Assembly: GCA_965112735.1 (NCBI GenBank)
Contig: OZ218957.1
Location: forward strand, 868,001 to 932,000
Source: Phaeosaccion multiseriatum
Lineage: Eukaryota > Protista > Ochrophyta, other classes
Length of the DNA: 64,000 nt
Reading direction: 5' to 3'
Part shown: piece by piece, positions 23,183 through 37,128 of the stretch
Layout of the letters: every line of letters starts with the position of its first letter
Position numbering within the stretch: the stretch's first letter is position 1
Notes under the pieces: generated by a model
What the model was told of the DNA's origin: nothing
Seen by the model: only the letters and a program-made list of their open reading frames with translations
Databases searched by the model: none
Program-made: the position numbers and the translations under genes

Positions 23183-26100
23183 GAGAACGCAGGCACAGAG
23201 ATACATACGCGGTGAGGTGGGTGGGTGAGGGGTGGCAGAGGAGCAGTGTACTGGGCAAGTGGGGGGGGGCGGCTGCACCAGACGGGCCCACCAGACGGGA
23301 CTAGACTCAGCTAGACTAGATGAGGGGCCCAATTGCCACCAGATGGCACCATACGAGTGGGCCCACCGGAAGCAGCAACAGCGCACCTGGAACCACCTCA
23401 GGAAGGAGAGAAGGAGGGCGGCAAGCACTGACCCCACGTTGACGAGGAGCGGCCACAGCGCCCCCTGCGCCGTGTCTCCGGTCTGGAACACGGCCTTGAT
23501 GAGGCGGGGGTGGTGGACGTAGTTCATGAACGTGGCCCAGCGACTCGTGCCCTTGGATCGGAGGAAGAGCTCCTGTGATGGTGTGGGGGTAGTGGGTTTG
23601 GTTGGGGTATGGAAGGGTCGAGGCAGGGGAGGAGGGGTCACCAGGCTGGGAGGCGAGGGGGGATAAGCATGCCCTTATCGCTATCTTCTTGGAGCAATTG
23701 ACCCTCTTCTCCCTCCCTTACTCACCACATCGACCTTTCCCTTCTTGACCGCGAGGTCCAGCGGCGTCTGGAGGGAGGGAGAGAAAGAGAGGGACAAGAG
23801 AGAGAGAGAGAGAGAGAGAGGGAGGGAGAGCGAGAGAGAGAGGGAGATGAAGTTGGAGAGATGGAGAGAGAGAGGGCCACAGAGAGAGGGACGTGAGCAG
23901 GCAACAGCGAGCTGTAGCACACAGCAAAGATGAAAGTCTCTCCTTCTTCGTCTTGAGGCTCCCACCCCCTCCACTCGTCTCACCTTGCCGTTTTGGTCGG
24001 GTATATTGGGGTATGCCTTGGCCTCAACGACAAGATAGTCAACGGTGTCCAGGTTGCCACGAAGGGCCGCGAGGTGAAGCGGGGCCTGTCCGTAAGCGTC
24101 CACCACGTTAATGTCCATGCCCATCTGTTTTGATGGAGCGTTAACGTTAAGGGGCGTTCAGATTAACGTAAAACATTGAGGGGTGGATGAATAAAGGGAA
24201 CTGATGGCCACCCAAAAGTACAGAGAGTAGGGAGGCAAGAGGTAGGCAAGCAGACAGGAAGGAAGGAAGGAAGGAAGGAAGGGCAAGGCCAGCCTACTAT
24301 TAATGTGTCAGGCTTCTCATGAGAGCCCACGTGCATGCTATCACGACTGCAAGGCCATGAGCGAGGCTGGCCCAGGCACAGGCACACACGCACCACCGAG
24401 ACGGCTGCTCACAGGCTGGCACACACCTGGATGAGCATGACCAACACCTGCACATGGCCCTTGTAGGCCGCCCAATGCAGAGCGCTGTCCTCATTGACGT
24501 CGAGTATGCCGAGGTCTGCCCCTTGCCGATTCAGGAAGATGACCACGTCCACCCAACCGTACTGCGCCGCAATGACGATAGGAGTGCATCCCTGTGTGCG
24601 CAGGGGGAGGAGGAGGGAAGCAGGGGGAGGGGGAGGGGGGGGGGAGTCGAGACCAGGTTGCTGCAGAGGGTGGTGGTGCAGTGAAGGGAGGCCGGGACAG
24701 CGGCAGGGGGGGTCCACCAGCGCAGCCATTGGTGGCACAGAAACGGGACGGGCGTGTGTGTGTATGTGTGCGTGTGCGTGCGTGTGGCGTGTGTGTAAAG
24801 TGCCTCTACCCCACCCCACCCCACCCCGCCCCGCCCTTACCTGCTTGTCTCGGCAGTCAATGTCCGCACCGTGTTGCAGCAGCCACCTCGCGCCCTGCAG
24901 CTTGCCCTCTGTGCAGGCCCAATGGATGGGGAACATGCCCACCGAGTCAGAGCTGCTCACGTGCAGGGGACAGCCCTTCTCCATGAGCAGCTGGAGGCGA
25001 GGGAAGGATTGAGGGAGGAAAGCCAGGGGGCGAGGGAAGGATTGAGGGAGGAAAGCCAGCATCACATGGGGGCATGAGCGGGCATATATGTGTAAGTGGG
25101 TGCGGGTGTGTGGGTGCGCGTGGGCTTGGTCCGTTGGAGGGGGGGGGGGGGAGAACAGATGTCAGAGATACCGCAGGAAGGAAGGAATGAAGGGAGGGAG
25201 GGATGATGTTACACTACTGTAAATCGTGTGCCACCTGCCGCCTCTATCCATGCAGATGTGGAGCAGAGCAACACCAGGCCTCGCCTCCCCACCTAGTGTT
25301 TGCCTAGCCTTCTCTTCCCTCCTACTCTCTGCCTAGCCTTCTCTTCCCTCCTACTCTCTGCCTAGCCTTCTCTTCCCTCCTACTCTCTGCCTAGCCTTCT
25401 CTTCCCTCCTACTCTCTGCCTAGCCTTCTCTTCCCTCCTACTCTCTGCCTAGCCTTCTCTTCCCTCCTACTCTCTGCCTAGCCTTCTCTTCCCTCCTACT
25501 CTCTGCCTAGCCTTCTCCCCCCCCCGGGTAGAGAAGTCCCAGGTGGCAGAGAAGGAGCGGGGGTGAGAAGGCGCGCTTTTGCTGAGACTGAAATGTAAGC
25601 TGCTGATCAAGTGCTGAGACTGACATCTAAACTGCTGATCAAGTGCTGAGACTGACATCTAAGCTGCTGATCAAGTCACGTGGGGAGCTGTCCGTCCCGT
25701 AAAAGCGTGCCTTCTCTGTCAGCCTATTGTTTGTGCACAGCTGCTCGCCTCCCTCCCACCTCCTACCTTCATTGTCCTGGTGCTTGTGGCCTTGGCCGCC
25801 CAATGCATGAGGGTATGTCCCTCCGAGTCAAGCTGTGTCATGGCATCCGCCAAGTCACCTCTCGCCTCCAGTTTGGACTGGATGAGGCTCACACCAGGGG
25901 CGTCCCCCATGCGCACAGCCACGTACAGCTGATTGCGCAACGTTGTCAACTGCAGAGCGGGGAGGAGATGTCAGGCGGAGGAGAAGGGAGGAGAAGAGTG
26001 TCGTGGTTCATAGAGGGCAGTTTAGAAACTCGGCCAGCCCTCCGCTACTCAGAGGGGGGGGAGGAGTGGTACGTGAAGGTAAGGCAGGGGATGGGCGAAG

Positions 26101-26432
26101 GAGGTGAAGTGCTGAGTTTAGGAAAAAGAAGATTCCCCCCCAACGGCGGCAAGAGAGGGCCAGCTGCGCTCGTCACATTGCACGAAGGGAAAGCGCACGT
26201 CCATGCCACTCACCCCAATCTCGCCAGTGTCCGTGATCATCCCTGTCACGATGTCATCGGCCGCCCCTCCCTGAGAGAATAGAGAAGCATCCAGAATGGT
26301 CGGGTTGCCTGTTACGGCCATACTTGGGTTTGCAGGCCCGGAGGCAGGCCCCACTGGCTGGCCCTGGATGATGGACGTCTTCCCGTCATGGTGACTGCCA
26401 CCATTAGAGCCATTGGCTTGATCATTAGGCAT
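20522..26432 (-). CDS. Ankyrin-repeat DHHC palmitoyltransferase (AKR1/TIP1/ZDHHC17-like), ~11 exons; last exon uncertain
   Basis: Multiple ankyrin repeats ([33 protein letters not shown]), TM helices, [31 protein letters not shown] and NPFDKG motifs. Confidence 0.92.
25301..25518. repeat. 29-bp minisatellite, ~7.5 copies (intronic)
   Basis: Unit TGCCTAGCCTTCTCTTCCCTCCTACTCTC. Confidence 0.9.
25580..25675. repeat. 32-bp tandem repeat x3 (intronic)
   Basis: Unit approximately TGCTGAGACTGACATCTAAGCTGCTGATCAAG. Confidence 0.8.
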
Positions 26433-27049
26433 CGCTAAGCTGTGGGGCCGGACCAGGTGAGATTGCCGTGGAGTGCCATCCACGGAAATTCAAATTCTCA
26501 CTCACTCACTCACTCACACACGACTCCCCCTTTCCCCTGGACACAGGCATGTGCAGCGCACTGCTGATAGCACTTCTGAGCCCTAAACTCCACACTATCA
26601 TGGCGCGCACATTATGCCACTAGGAGTAGTCATTTGATAGCCATTTGCAGCCGATCTACCTCTCACTCACTCACTCACTCACTCACTCACTCACTCACTC
26701 ACTCACTCACTCACTCACTTGTTTGCCTCCGGGCCAAAGGCAGTGACGACCCTTCCCGGAACAGGTAGCCTCCTAGAGGCCTACCGCTCACTCCAAGATA
26801 TAGATGTGTTATGGACTGATTGAGTAGAGTGTGTATATTCGCTAGACGTTGCTAATGTCTAATACTACCCCCTCAATGATGTCCTGTCTTCCCCCTTGTC
26901 CCAAATGTCCTATTGCCTTTTGTCCTTTTTCCTTTTGCCTACTACACGGCCTTGTCACTGACCCGATAACCTCCCGCCCACAGTCCCGAATTAGACCAAT
27001 GTCGACCCTCTCGATACCTAATGTCGATGTCCTGACCATACACCTACAC

Positions 27050-27625
27050 ACTCACTCACTCACTCACTCACTCACTCACTCACTCACTCACTCACTCACT
27101 CACTCACTCACTCACTCACTCACTCACTCACTCACTCACTCACTCACTCACTCACTCACTCACTCACTCACTCACTCACTCACTCACTCACTCACTCACT
27201 CACTCACTCACTCACTCACTCACTCACTCACTCACTCACTCACTCACTCACTCACTCACTCACTCACTCACTCACTCACTCACTCACTCACTCACTCACT
27301 CACTCACTCACTCACTCACTCACTCACTCACTCACTCACTCACTCACTCACTCACTCACTCACTCACTCACTCACTCACTCACTCACTCACTCACTCACT
27401 CACTCACTCACTCACTCACTCACTCACTCACTCACTCACTCACTCACTCACTCACTCACTCACTCACTCACTCACTCACTCACTCACTCACTCACTCACT
27501 CACTCACTCACTCACTCACTCACTCACTCACTCACTCACTCACTCACTCACTCACTCACTCACTCACTCACTCACTCACTCACTCACTCACTCACTCACT
27601 CACTCACTCACGCACTCACTCACTC
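27050..27625. repeat. (ACTC)n microsatellite
   Basis: Pure tetranucleotide run. Confidence 0.95.
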
Positions 27626-27894
27626 TCTCACTCACTCATTCTCTCTCTCTCACACACACAGCTGGCATCGCTGCAGCCACAGCTGAGACGGCGAGGCACC
27701 ACCACTGCCAGGGCACAAATCTGCCCGGTTCATCAACCCTAATGTACTTCGCAATCGAGAAGGGGGGGGGGGGGGATTGGGGGTCGAAAAGCCGAGAAGC
27801 CAGGGCTGTCAAGGGGGGGGGGATAAGTCAACATACTTTCCCGGGGGGTCAAATAAAAGGCCAACGCCAAAAAATCATTACATAAGAGGGTGGG

Positions 27895-30571
27895 ATGAGG
27901 AGGAAAGGAAGAGCACAGAAGAGACGGCGGCAGCCACACGCTCCTTTGGTGGTGCTGCTGCCTCTCCTGGCACGGGGAGATGCAGCGGGCGCCGCCACTT
28001 GTGCGCCCGGCGATGGGACGGCCGTGCTTGGCATTGTACAACCGCTGCCGAAGGCATTTGACGAACAAGATGCTCAGCAACGGCAGCGACGGCCGCATCC
28101 GAACCAGTGTGCATTCCAGCCACTGCAACAGCAGCAGAGTAATGCGAGAGTGGTTCATCTGCTGCTGAGGGGAGGGGGCTGGGGTCAGAGCAATCCCTTG
28201 GAGGATTTCCCTGAATTCCCTGAGGACTTTGAGTACAGCAACGGCGGCGGGGAGGAGCAGGAAGACGATGCCGAGGATCCGCACGAAGTGCTGAGATTCG
28301 CTCGCGGTGATGATGAGGGTCTAGGCGCTGATGGAGACAGGTGAGGAAACGAACACAGTGCTGTTCCTTTTTCGCACAGCTCATCTCGCTTTGTTGCATG
28401 TAACACGGAGTATGACTTGCATGTTGTGTTTGATCTTTGCGACTTGATGTTGTCCTGCGTGCAGTGGAAGCGCGGCTGAATGGGAGTCGGAGACGACAGC
28501 TCTTCGGTCACGGCCGGACAGGGGTGAGCGGGGAGGGGAGAGGCGCAGCAGCAGCAGGGAGCAGCCGAGACGAGGCTGGGGGGCTGGAAAGAGGGACAGC
28601 AATAGAGCTAGAAACAACGGGGAGGGGGACTACAGTACTACTGCCATAGAACGTCGCGGTAGGAAGAGGGGCAAGAGTCGCAAGAACAGGCGCGGCATCC
28701 TAAAGAACAGTGGGGGCTCTGGCAGGAGCGGCAGCAGCACGCTCATTAAGTCAGCCTTATCGGTGGCTTTGAACGCGCTGGCGGGAGGGCTTGTGGTCAA
28801 GCTCTTGGATAGCTCCAAGGGCGAGGGGACTAGCGAGCGCCCAGCGAAGGGGGAGGAGGAGGAGGGGGGGGGCTGGGAGGCGCAGCAGAAGAGGATGGAG
28901 GATCTGGAGGAGCAACTCAAGGTAGGAGTGACGAGCACGGGGCGGGCAAAGCCTGCTTCTAGAGGAGGCAGTTCCATCGTCTTGAGATGCGAGGTGCTGT
29001 AAAGAGCACTCTCTCTCTCTTCTCTCTCTCTCTCTCTCTTGTCTTGTCCCCTTCCTCTTCCTCTTCCTCTCACCCGCGCTCTCTCTCTCTGTCGCTTCTC
29101 GTTGGCGCTTTCGCCATGTGCTTCCTTGCCCGCGGCCCACCCCTTCCCTACAGACGCAGGAGGTCGAGAGGGAGCGCGTGTCTGCTCTGTTCGAGGAGGC
29201 CAAGAGCTCGCGCGTGACGGAGCTCGAGCAGTATAAAGAGTACAACGAGGCGCTGCAAGCGGAAGTGAGCGAGCTGCTGGCAGATAAGCAGCGCCTCGAG
29301 CTGCAGCTGCGCCGAGTGGAGGAGGAGGGAGGAGGGGGCACACCGGGCGCTGCTGCACCGGCCGCACAGCGAGCTGCAGACATGGTGAGGAGGAGGAGCA
29401 GGGACGGCCCCTGCTTCGTGATGTGATGTCTTGGTATGATCGCAGGAGAAGCGGTGCTGACCTGGGGTCACCTTGCCACTTGTGTCGAGGAGCGCTCGGA
29501 AATTGGTACATGTGTGTATGTACGTCTCACGACCGACTCCTGCAAGTACCAGCGATTGGAAGATCCCTGGTCAGGCGCGTCTGTCTGTTCTGTATGGGCC
29601 ATGTGCGTGCTCTCTGGCTTCAACCGCGTCCGTGGCAGGCTATCGAGCCGCCTAGGTGCTTCCCACCTCAGCAGCAACATGTGCACTCACATGCCCACTC
29701 CCCTCCAATTATCTGTATGCCTGCCTGCCTGCTTGCATCTCTCTCTCTTGCGTTTTCTGTGTCCACAAAGGCTCGCAAGGAGGCCGAGGCAAAGGTGATG
29801 CAGATGCGCGAGGAGCACGGCCTGGAGGTGGACAGGCTGCTGGCGGCCTTGGACGAGCAGCAGCAGTTGGTGATACAGCAGCAACGGCAGCAGCAGCAAC
29901 AGCAGAAGAAGAAGAAAGGTGGTGGCGCCTCAAAGCAGGACGAGGCGCGGATCAGAGCCGAGGAGAGGGCCGCTGTTGAGGTGGAGATTTCTCAGAGATA
30001 CGAGGACATCTTAGGTGAGGAGCTGAGTCGTGCTGCTGACTTGAGAGCGCTTGGAGGCCTTATGGGCTTCATTCCTTCCGTCCTTCCGACCATGCACAAA
30101 GTTTCAGTTTCCCTGCCCTTCTCTCCACCCCGAGTGTTTCTTTTGTAGTAGCCCTCACCAGATGCACACCTCACCCCCGCCCTGCGCTTGCTCCTGCTCT
30201 TCTCCCCCTCCACGACCCTGTACGACTCATCTCTCTTTGCACGCACGACTGACGCGATGATGCCATATCCATCAGCGGATCGCGACGAGAACTTGACGGA
30301 GCTGCGGAGCCAAGTGTCCGAGCTGAAGGGGGAGGTGGAGCGGCTGAGGAAGGAGCAGCAGGCTGTGGAGAGGGAGCAGCAAACCGTGGTCCAGGAGCGG
30401 GACGCATTCATGACGCAGATTAGGGAGGAGATGCAAACCGCACTGGCACAGGAGAAGGTGCGGCTTCAGGCACAGATGGAACAGCGGGTGGAGGGCCTGA
30501 GGGAGGCGCTGAGGCGGAAGCTTGAGAACAGGACCGGGAGCAGCAGGGACGACGCCGATAAACAGAAATGA
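27895..30571 (+). CDS. Coiled-coil protein of unknown function, 5 exons, N-terminal hydrophobic segment + LRGG
   Basis: Exons ~27895-28340, 28465-28921, 29154-29384, 29771-30014 and 30276-30571 join in frame through GT-AG introns. E/Q/R-rich heptads. Confidence 0.7.
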
Positions 30572-31268
30572 ACGTCTCTCTTGTCTTGCTTCAGAACACC
30601 ACCAAAGAGCGCGTGTTGGTTGGAGGAGGAGGAAAGACCACCCCACTCCTAACCTTCTCAGTCTCTTGCTCACTCCCTCCTCCTCTTTTTCATTCCAGAG
30701 TGTTGTTGGAGGTACGGTTTCAAAATGCCCCGTCTGCACACACAAGCAACAAATCCCACGTGTTTCCATGTAGCCCCGTAACGGGGTTTTTTTTCTCTTT
30801 AGAAAGGGTATTTTCCCCTCCCCACTCATTCTCCGTTAGTATATCGGTAGTACTCAAGACTCTGATGCATAGCCGAGACCTTGGTGAGGTATCTTGCAGG
30901 GCAGGTTCGACTCCTGCACGGAGAATCTTTTTTTTCTTTTTTTCTAATTGATGAAAAGAAGAAGGTTGGTTGGGGTAGTGAGGCAGGCCCTGTACCTGGG
31001 CATCTTTTTGATGGCATATGCGCTAGCGTCCTATTTCCGGGCCGGCTGAAGACTGAAGACTGATGTGAAGACTATGCGGTTTCCGCGCCAACGTTTTGGC
31101 CCACTCGAAAATTGGAAAAAAACGAAACTGTCAGCTGGGTCCCTCCCTCGATTTTTCTGTCTGACTCTGGCTGCTCCCCCAACAGGCGTGTGCGTGTGGA
31201 ACAGAGCGCATAGGGAGGAGGATAGGGAGCTGTGCCTGATCGTGCTTTAAAGACAAAGAGAGGGGGAC

Positions 31269-33594
31269 ATGGCGGAAGCGCCTAGTAATCAGGAGGAGGA
31301 GGTGCACGACGAAGGATACGACGAGGACGAGTTTGAGACGGCTTCGCTTGCTTCGCCGCCACCAGAGCGCGTTGCTGCTGCCGGTGCTCCTACCTCTGGT
31401 AGTAATGCTCCTCCTCCTCCTGCTGCTGCTGCTGCTGCTGCTACCGCGGGTGGGGCTGCTTCCCTGGATGAGCAGAAGAGTGCGTATGACGACGACTTTC
31501 AATCCCCAATACAATCCCCCGTGGGGACGGCAGCGGCTGCACCGCAGGAGCAGCGTGGTGATTCCCAGCAGGAGGCGAATAGTAAAGAGCAGGATGATGA
31601 ATATGACGACGATGAAGGAGAGGGGAACGGCGAGGACGAGAGGGTGAAGGAGGCCAGCGAGAGGGAGAGGGCTGCGGTGGAGAGAGAAGGCGAGGCGCGG
31701 CAAGAGCTGGCCCGGGCAAGGGAAGAAGTTGAAACCGCGCGGAAAATGCTGCTGGGGTCGGCGAAGGGGCCCGAAATGCAGGGGAAATCCTTGCTGGAGC
31801 TCGTGGTTCTGGCGCAGAAGGAGGGCTTCAATAACTTGCAGGAGCTGGAGGGGGGAGGGGCAAGAGATAGCAAAAAGGCGGCCCCACTACCACCGGAGCA
31901 GCAGCAAGAGAGTAGTAACAGCGAGAACAGTAGAAGTAAAGGCTTATCCCTGACGCAGCTACACGAGAAGCTCCGAGCGGAGCAGGCCAAGACGGCGAGT
32001 CTGGAGGAGCAGCTGATGCTACTCGAGGACGGGGAAGACGATGTGATGGCCCTCAAGGCAAAAGCTGTGCACCTTGTGGAGCGGGTCAAGGCAGAGAAGG
32101 CGCTACGCTTACGGGCGGACAGAGCGGCCAAAGACATGCGGGCAAAGGTCGGGGTGCTGTCGGACCACATTGAGAAGCTCATGCTCTATCTGAAGCACGA
32201 GGCCACAGCCAAGGCCAGGGCGCACGAACAACAGAGGCGGATGCAAAAGGAGGCAGAGCTTCTCAAGGCAAGGGCCGTGACGCTGCACAAGAAGGGGGTG
32301 AGTAGGGAGCGCGTGGTCACGGAGCTGAGGGAGGGAAGCAAGATCTTGGAGGACCAGCTGCGTCTTATGGATGAGAAGTACATGGAGCTGAGAACCAAGC
32401 TGGACTACACTCGGGCCAAGGCGGATAAAGAGGTGCGTACGTTGAGGCGCCTGGGGGGGATGGAGGGGAGGGGAGGGAGGGTGGGAGGGTGGGAGGGAGG
32501 GAGGGAGGGAGGGAGGGAGGGAGGGAGGGAGGGAGGGAGGGAGGGAGGGAGGGAGGGAGGGAGGGAGGGAGGGAGGGAGGGAGGGAGGGAGGGAGGGAGG
32601 GAGGGAGGGAGGGAGGGAGGGAGGGAGGGAGGGAGGGAGGGAGGGAGGGAGGGAGGGAGGGAGGGAGGGAGTTGCGACAACGAGAGAGGGCACGCACATG
32701 AGGGGGGGGGGGGGAGGAGAGAAGAAGAGAAAGAGAGACAGGCGAGAGAGCGAGAGAGATCAACCACAAGGGGGGGAAGAGTCAGATAGACACAGGGTGA
32801 ACAGACTGAAGACACTGAAGACAGAGAGAGAGAGTGATGAACAACAAGGGAGGGTGGAGAGACATAGACAGGGAGAGAGGAAACGACGGAGAGATGAAGG
32901 ACAGAGCGAGAGAAGGAGGGATGGCGAGGCCCACGCTGGATGGTGGATGTGCCGCCTGCCTAGTGAGCTCCTACTGCGTTGAATCCTCTGCAAGAGTCTG
33001 CAGGAGGGAAACTGAGCTACAAAAACAACAGAGACAGGAGGGGAAACGTGTTGCAGTGTTCCCAACACCTCCCCCCTCTCCCCTGGCCAGGCAGAGGAGA
33101 TAAGTCGTCGCCAAGTCGTGTGCGTCGCCATCCGTGATCACGCACATACGGCAACTTCTAGTCTCTTTCTGTGCCTGCAATCAATCGCCTCTGCCGCGCT
33201 CATCCTCCCTCCCTCCCTCCCTCCGTCCGTCCGTCCGTCCCTCTGTGTCACCAACTCCCTCCTTCAGGTCAAGAAAGCGAACCACAAGGCGAGCTCGCTA
33301 CGAACAAAGTTCGCCATGGTGTGTCAGGAGATGGGAGGCAAATCTGCCCCTCTGTTGGACCAAATAGACTTCCCAGGAGGGGGTGGTGGTGGGGGGGGCG
33401 GAGCCAGTGGAGGGGGGGGGACAGTTCCCGTTGTCGTGGCCGGCGCTCCTTCTCCGGTGCAGCCCAGGGGAGGGCTCGCTCGAACAGCGTCGGGGGGCAG
33501 CAGGGGTAAGGAGGATCGGCAGGCAGGACAGCTTCGATCAAGCCGCTCAGCAGGGGTCGGGGTGCGCTTCGATCAGGGTCCGGCAGGGGGGTGA
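31269..33594 (+). CDS. Coiled-coil protein of unknown function, 2 exons (31269-32432, 33268-33594)
   Basis: Long ORF with LSDHIEKLMLYLKHEA...LEDQLRLMDEKYMELRTKLD, in-frame splice KE|VKKANHK. Confidence 0.8.
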
Positions 33595-34054
33595 GGAGGG
33601 GCTGGGGGAGGGGGTGGTGGCAGGAGAGCGCTGGCGTCGGGTGGCACGGATTCGGGGGGCTTCTAGGGTGGTTTCGGGGACGGAAAATAGTTTATAGTCA
33701 GTCCGCCAGACAAGACGGGAGCCTTGTTTGTTTGCTTGCTTGCCCTTTGCAAGAACAATTAACAGCAAAAACTACTCTGAAAGCAACTTGCGCAAGTGCC
33801 CTTCCAGACTGCGCACAGACTGTCGAAGAGCTGCGGCAGTCCCTTCGCGTCTTCTGCCCAGCCCCACTCGTCAGTCAAGTAGAGTTTTCCACCAGCGACA
33901 CTTGCTGCCCCACTGCCTCGCTGGTTTTGTTCGACCCACGATTGAACTGAAAAAAAGATACGTATTACCATGTACTACGAAGTAGGACTCACGAGACTAC
34001 GCTATGCTAGGCGCTGCCTACTGCGGCAGCTGCTGCTGCGTCTGCCCTCTCTCC

Positions 34055-34398
34055 ACCTCCTCCTCCTCCTCCTCCTCCTCCTCCTCCTCCTCCTCCTCCT
34101 CCTCCTCCTCCTCCTCCTCCTCCTCCTCCTCCTCCTCCTCCTCCTCCTCCTCCTCCTCCTCCTCCTCCTCCTCCTCCTCCTCCTCCTCCTCCTCCTCCTC
34201 CTCCTCCTCCTCCTCCTCCTCCTCCTCCTCCTCCTCCTCCTCCTCCTCCTCCTCCTCCTCCTCCTCCTCCTCCTCCTCCTCCTCCTCCTCCTCCTCCTCC
34301 TCCTCCTCCTCCTCCTCCTCCTCCTCCTCCTCCTCCTCCTCCTCCTCCTCCTCCTCCTCCTCCTCCTCCTCCCCCTCCTCCTCCTCCTCCTCCTCCTC

Positions 34399-34435
<37 letters not shown>
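34055..34435. repeat. (CCT)n followed by (CTG)n microsatellite
   Basis: Pure trinucleotide runs. Confidence 0.95.
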
Positions 34436-34438
<3 letters not shown>

Positions 34439-34660
34439 CGTCCCGCCGCCGCCGCCGGTGCTCAGCCAGCAGGCTCCTGCCCTTGCCCCTGCCTGCGAGT
34501 CAAGGGCTCTATGAGCGACTCTAGCCCGTATGACGCTAACCACGGACAAGAAGGGTTCTCTGGCTCTAGCCTATATGGCGCTACCCCGCGACGAGGGATG
34601 GGTATGTATGACGTTATCAACCGACGAAGCTCGGGCTTTCCGACTTCAGCCTGTATCATG

Positions 34661-36049
34661 CTACCCATCGACGAGGCCTGCCGAGATCTCCGCGAGGCTG
34701 TGGTCCGCAAGTTGCCCCTCCACCTCCGTCGCCGTCTTGTGAAGGAAGGCCATGTGCCCTGCCGCGGACTTGCTCGGCACCCTCCTGCTCTGGAACCCTC
34801 CTGAGGAGGCCAGCTTGCCCTTGTCTGCCCCTCTGCCGGCAGTACCGATGCCGCTGAGGCTGCCGTTGAGCAGTCGCTTACCACGTACATTATGCCCCAG
34901 GTACTCGACCAGCACCAGCGGTTGGTCGTACGGGTTCATGTGAGCCTTGCGTCGGCTCTTTTGCAGGGCTGCCTTGGGGTCCACCTCGTCCTTGGGCACC
35001 CCAATCGCGTCCAGCTTCTGCTGCGAGGCGATGAGGTGAAGTAGCGGGTGTGTGTTGTGCATGCCCTTGTCTGCTGCCATCTCTCGGAAGAACTCCTCCT
35101 CCCTCGCGCGGATCATGTCCTCGGGGCTGCCTCCTCCTCCTCCTCCCCCTCCTCCTCCTCCTCCTTCTCCTCCCCCTCCTCCTCCTCCTGTGGCGGTAGC
35201 AGCCATGAGATCTAGCTCGAAGTCATTCACATCCTCGTTGTTCCGCACGACGGGAGGGAGGTCCGGTGCCTCTCGAGGCTGCATGTAGGGTGCGCTATCA
35301 CCCTCACCCCCACCCTCACCCCCACTGCTATTGTTGCTATTGTTGATACCGCTACTGCTACTGCTATGGCGCCGCTTCCACGCCTTCTTCTTCCTCCCCG
35401 CCCCCGCCGCCGCCCCACCCTGCTGCTGCAGCGGGAGCCAAGCGCTGTCGTCCTGCTGCCTGTTGCCCACCCTCCGCATGAGGGCAGCTGCCTGCCGTCC
35501 TCCGTCCAACTTGAGACTGTGCGTGCTCATGGCATGCTCTGCCAAGGCCCGCCGTCCCGTGGCTCGAAAAGCGAGCGTCGCCAACTCTGTATAAACGAGG
35601 TAACAGTTCTCGCATAGCGCCGCCGTCTTGTACAAAAAGAGCGGATCCCTGGCGTGCCTGTGGTAGGCGTCGGCAGCGAGCTTGGGATGGAGTTGGCGAA
35701 TCACTGGAGGGATGGTCACGTCCTCCTGGGAGATCTTCTTCGCAGCCGCTACTGCTGCCGCCACTGCCGTGGCTGGACCTCCACCCCCTCCGGCTCCTCC
35801 TCCCCCTTGGGCCTTGAGGCTGGCCTCCTGTCCCGCTGCCGCAAGCTTGTGCAAGGGCATTCCAAAGCCCACCCCCCCTGCCGCTGCGATGGCCTCTGCG
35901 GAGGGTGGCCACTCAACGGCTCCGTGACAAGCGGCGGGGTCACTCGCCACCAGGTCCAGCACCTGTTGTTTCCAAGTACGAGGAAGTCAGTGAAGGGGCA
36001 CCCACACCGGTAAACTATTTAATCAAGTGAGGACACCCACCACACACAA

Positions 36050-36103
<54 letters not shown>

Positions 36104-37128
36104 CCAGAGAATCATTTGACTTCCACCACCCTTGCTCGGCTTACGTACGATACCTGCTCAAAGTGCGCAATGATGGTCTTGTAGGGCACCTCGTGGAAGG
36201 TGTCAACGCAGGACGTGTTGAAGCAGGACAGACACTTGGAGGAGCGAGAGGCCACAACCTCCGTACCCAAGTGCGACGGCACAGGGTTGAGCTTGAGCTG
36301 CCTAGGTACGTGCACCACTTCGTTGATGTTTACGGGCTTGGTCGCCCCCAGCCCGACCGCCGTCGTCTCCCCGTGGACCGCCCTGTCGGCCAGGCGGATG
36401 CTGTTGCTCCACAGCAGCCACACTCGATCGTTTGTGTCGACTTTGAGGTTTGCGACCATGCGGGAGATGCACTGCTTTTGGAAGGACACCTCGGCCACGT
36501 GAGATACCACACTCTTGCACACACGCTGCACCTGCGCGGGCAGCACCTCCCCGCGGAGGGGGTTAGCTTGGGAGAAGATGTCTGGCCCGTCGTAGGTCAC
36601 CGCCCTCTCGTAGAGCCCATATCTGCGGTCGAAGAGCTGCCGGCAGTTGACCCGACGCTCCAAGAGACAAATCTTTGGAGACCAAATAGCCCGCACAATG
36701 GAGTTGCGCGTGCCCTTGGGCTCAATGAAGCGCTGAAGAATACCATTGTGCTCCTTCCACCGGTTGAAGAGAAAGTTATGCAAGCCCTCCCTGTTCAGAT
36801 ACTCTATACTTGTGGCGCTCTTGTCCTCGGGGCCGCCAATCGAGGCCGTGCTGTGGTTCTCCCAGCTCACGTAGTAGGCCACAATGTCGCAGCCAAAGGC
36901 GTCTGCCGCATTGGTGAATGCCTCCTCGATGCGTGAGTTAATGACATTGATCTTGAGCTTCTTCTTAATGTGGCCGTCCACGCTCGTGAAGTACCAATTG
37001 ATGGGCTGCCCAAACTTGTACACAATGGTGTCTGGGATGTTGATTGAGGGGCTAAAGCTCAGCTCGTCCTTGCTCCACAAGTATTCGTACAGATGCTCGC
37101 ACACCCCGTCTCCCTCCACCGTATACAT
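34661..37128 (-). CDS. Conserved-looking hypothetical protein, 2 exons (37128-36154, 35962-34661); possibly flagellum-associated
   Basis: Globular, high-complexity translation (IPDTIVYKFG..WYFTS, LQRFIEPKG, RAIWSP, YERAVT, CxxC pairs). First ATG MYTVEGDG; in-frame splice FEQ|VLDL. 3' end uncertain. Confidence 0.75.

Noticed and set aside
25301-25518. 29-bp repeat as CRISPR or telomeric array
   Set aside because: No spacers; it is an intronic minisatellite.
26849-27742. 297-aa THSL-repeat ORF
   Set aside because: Translation of the (ACTC)n microsatellite.
33970-34804. Poly-L/S/G ORFs
   Set aside because: Translation of the (CCT)n run.
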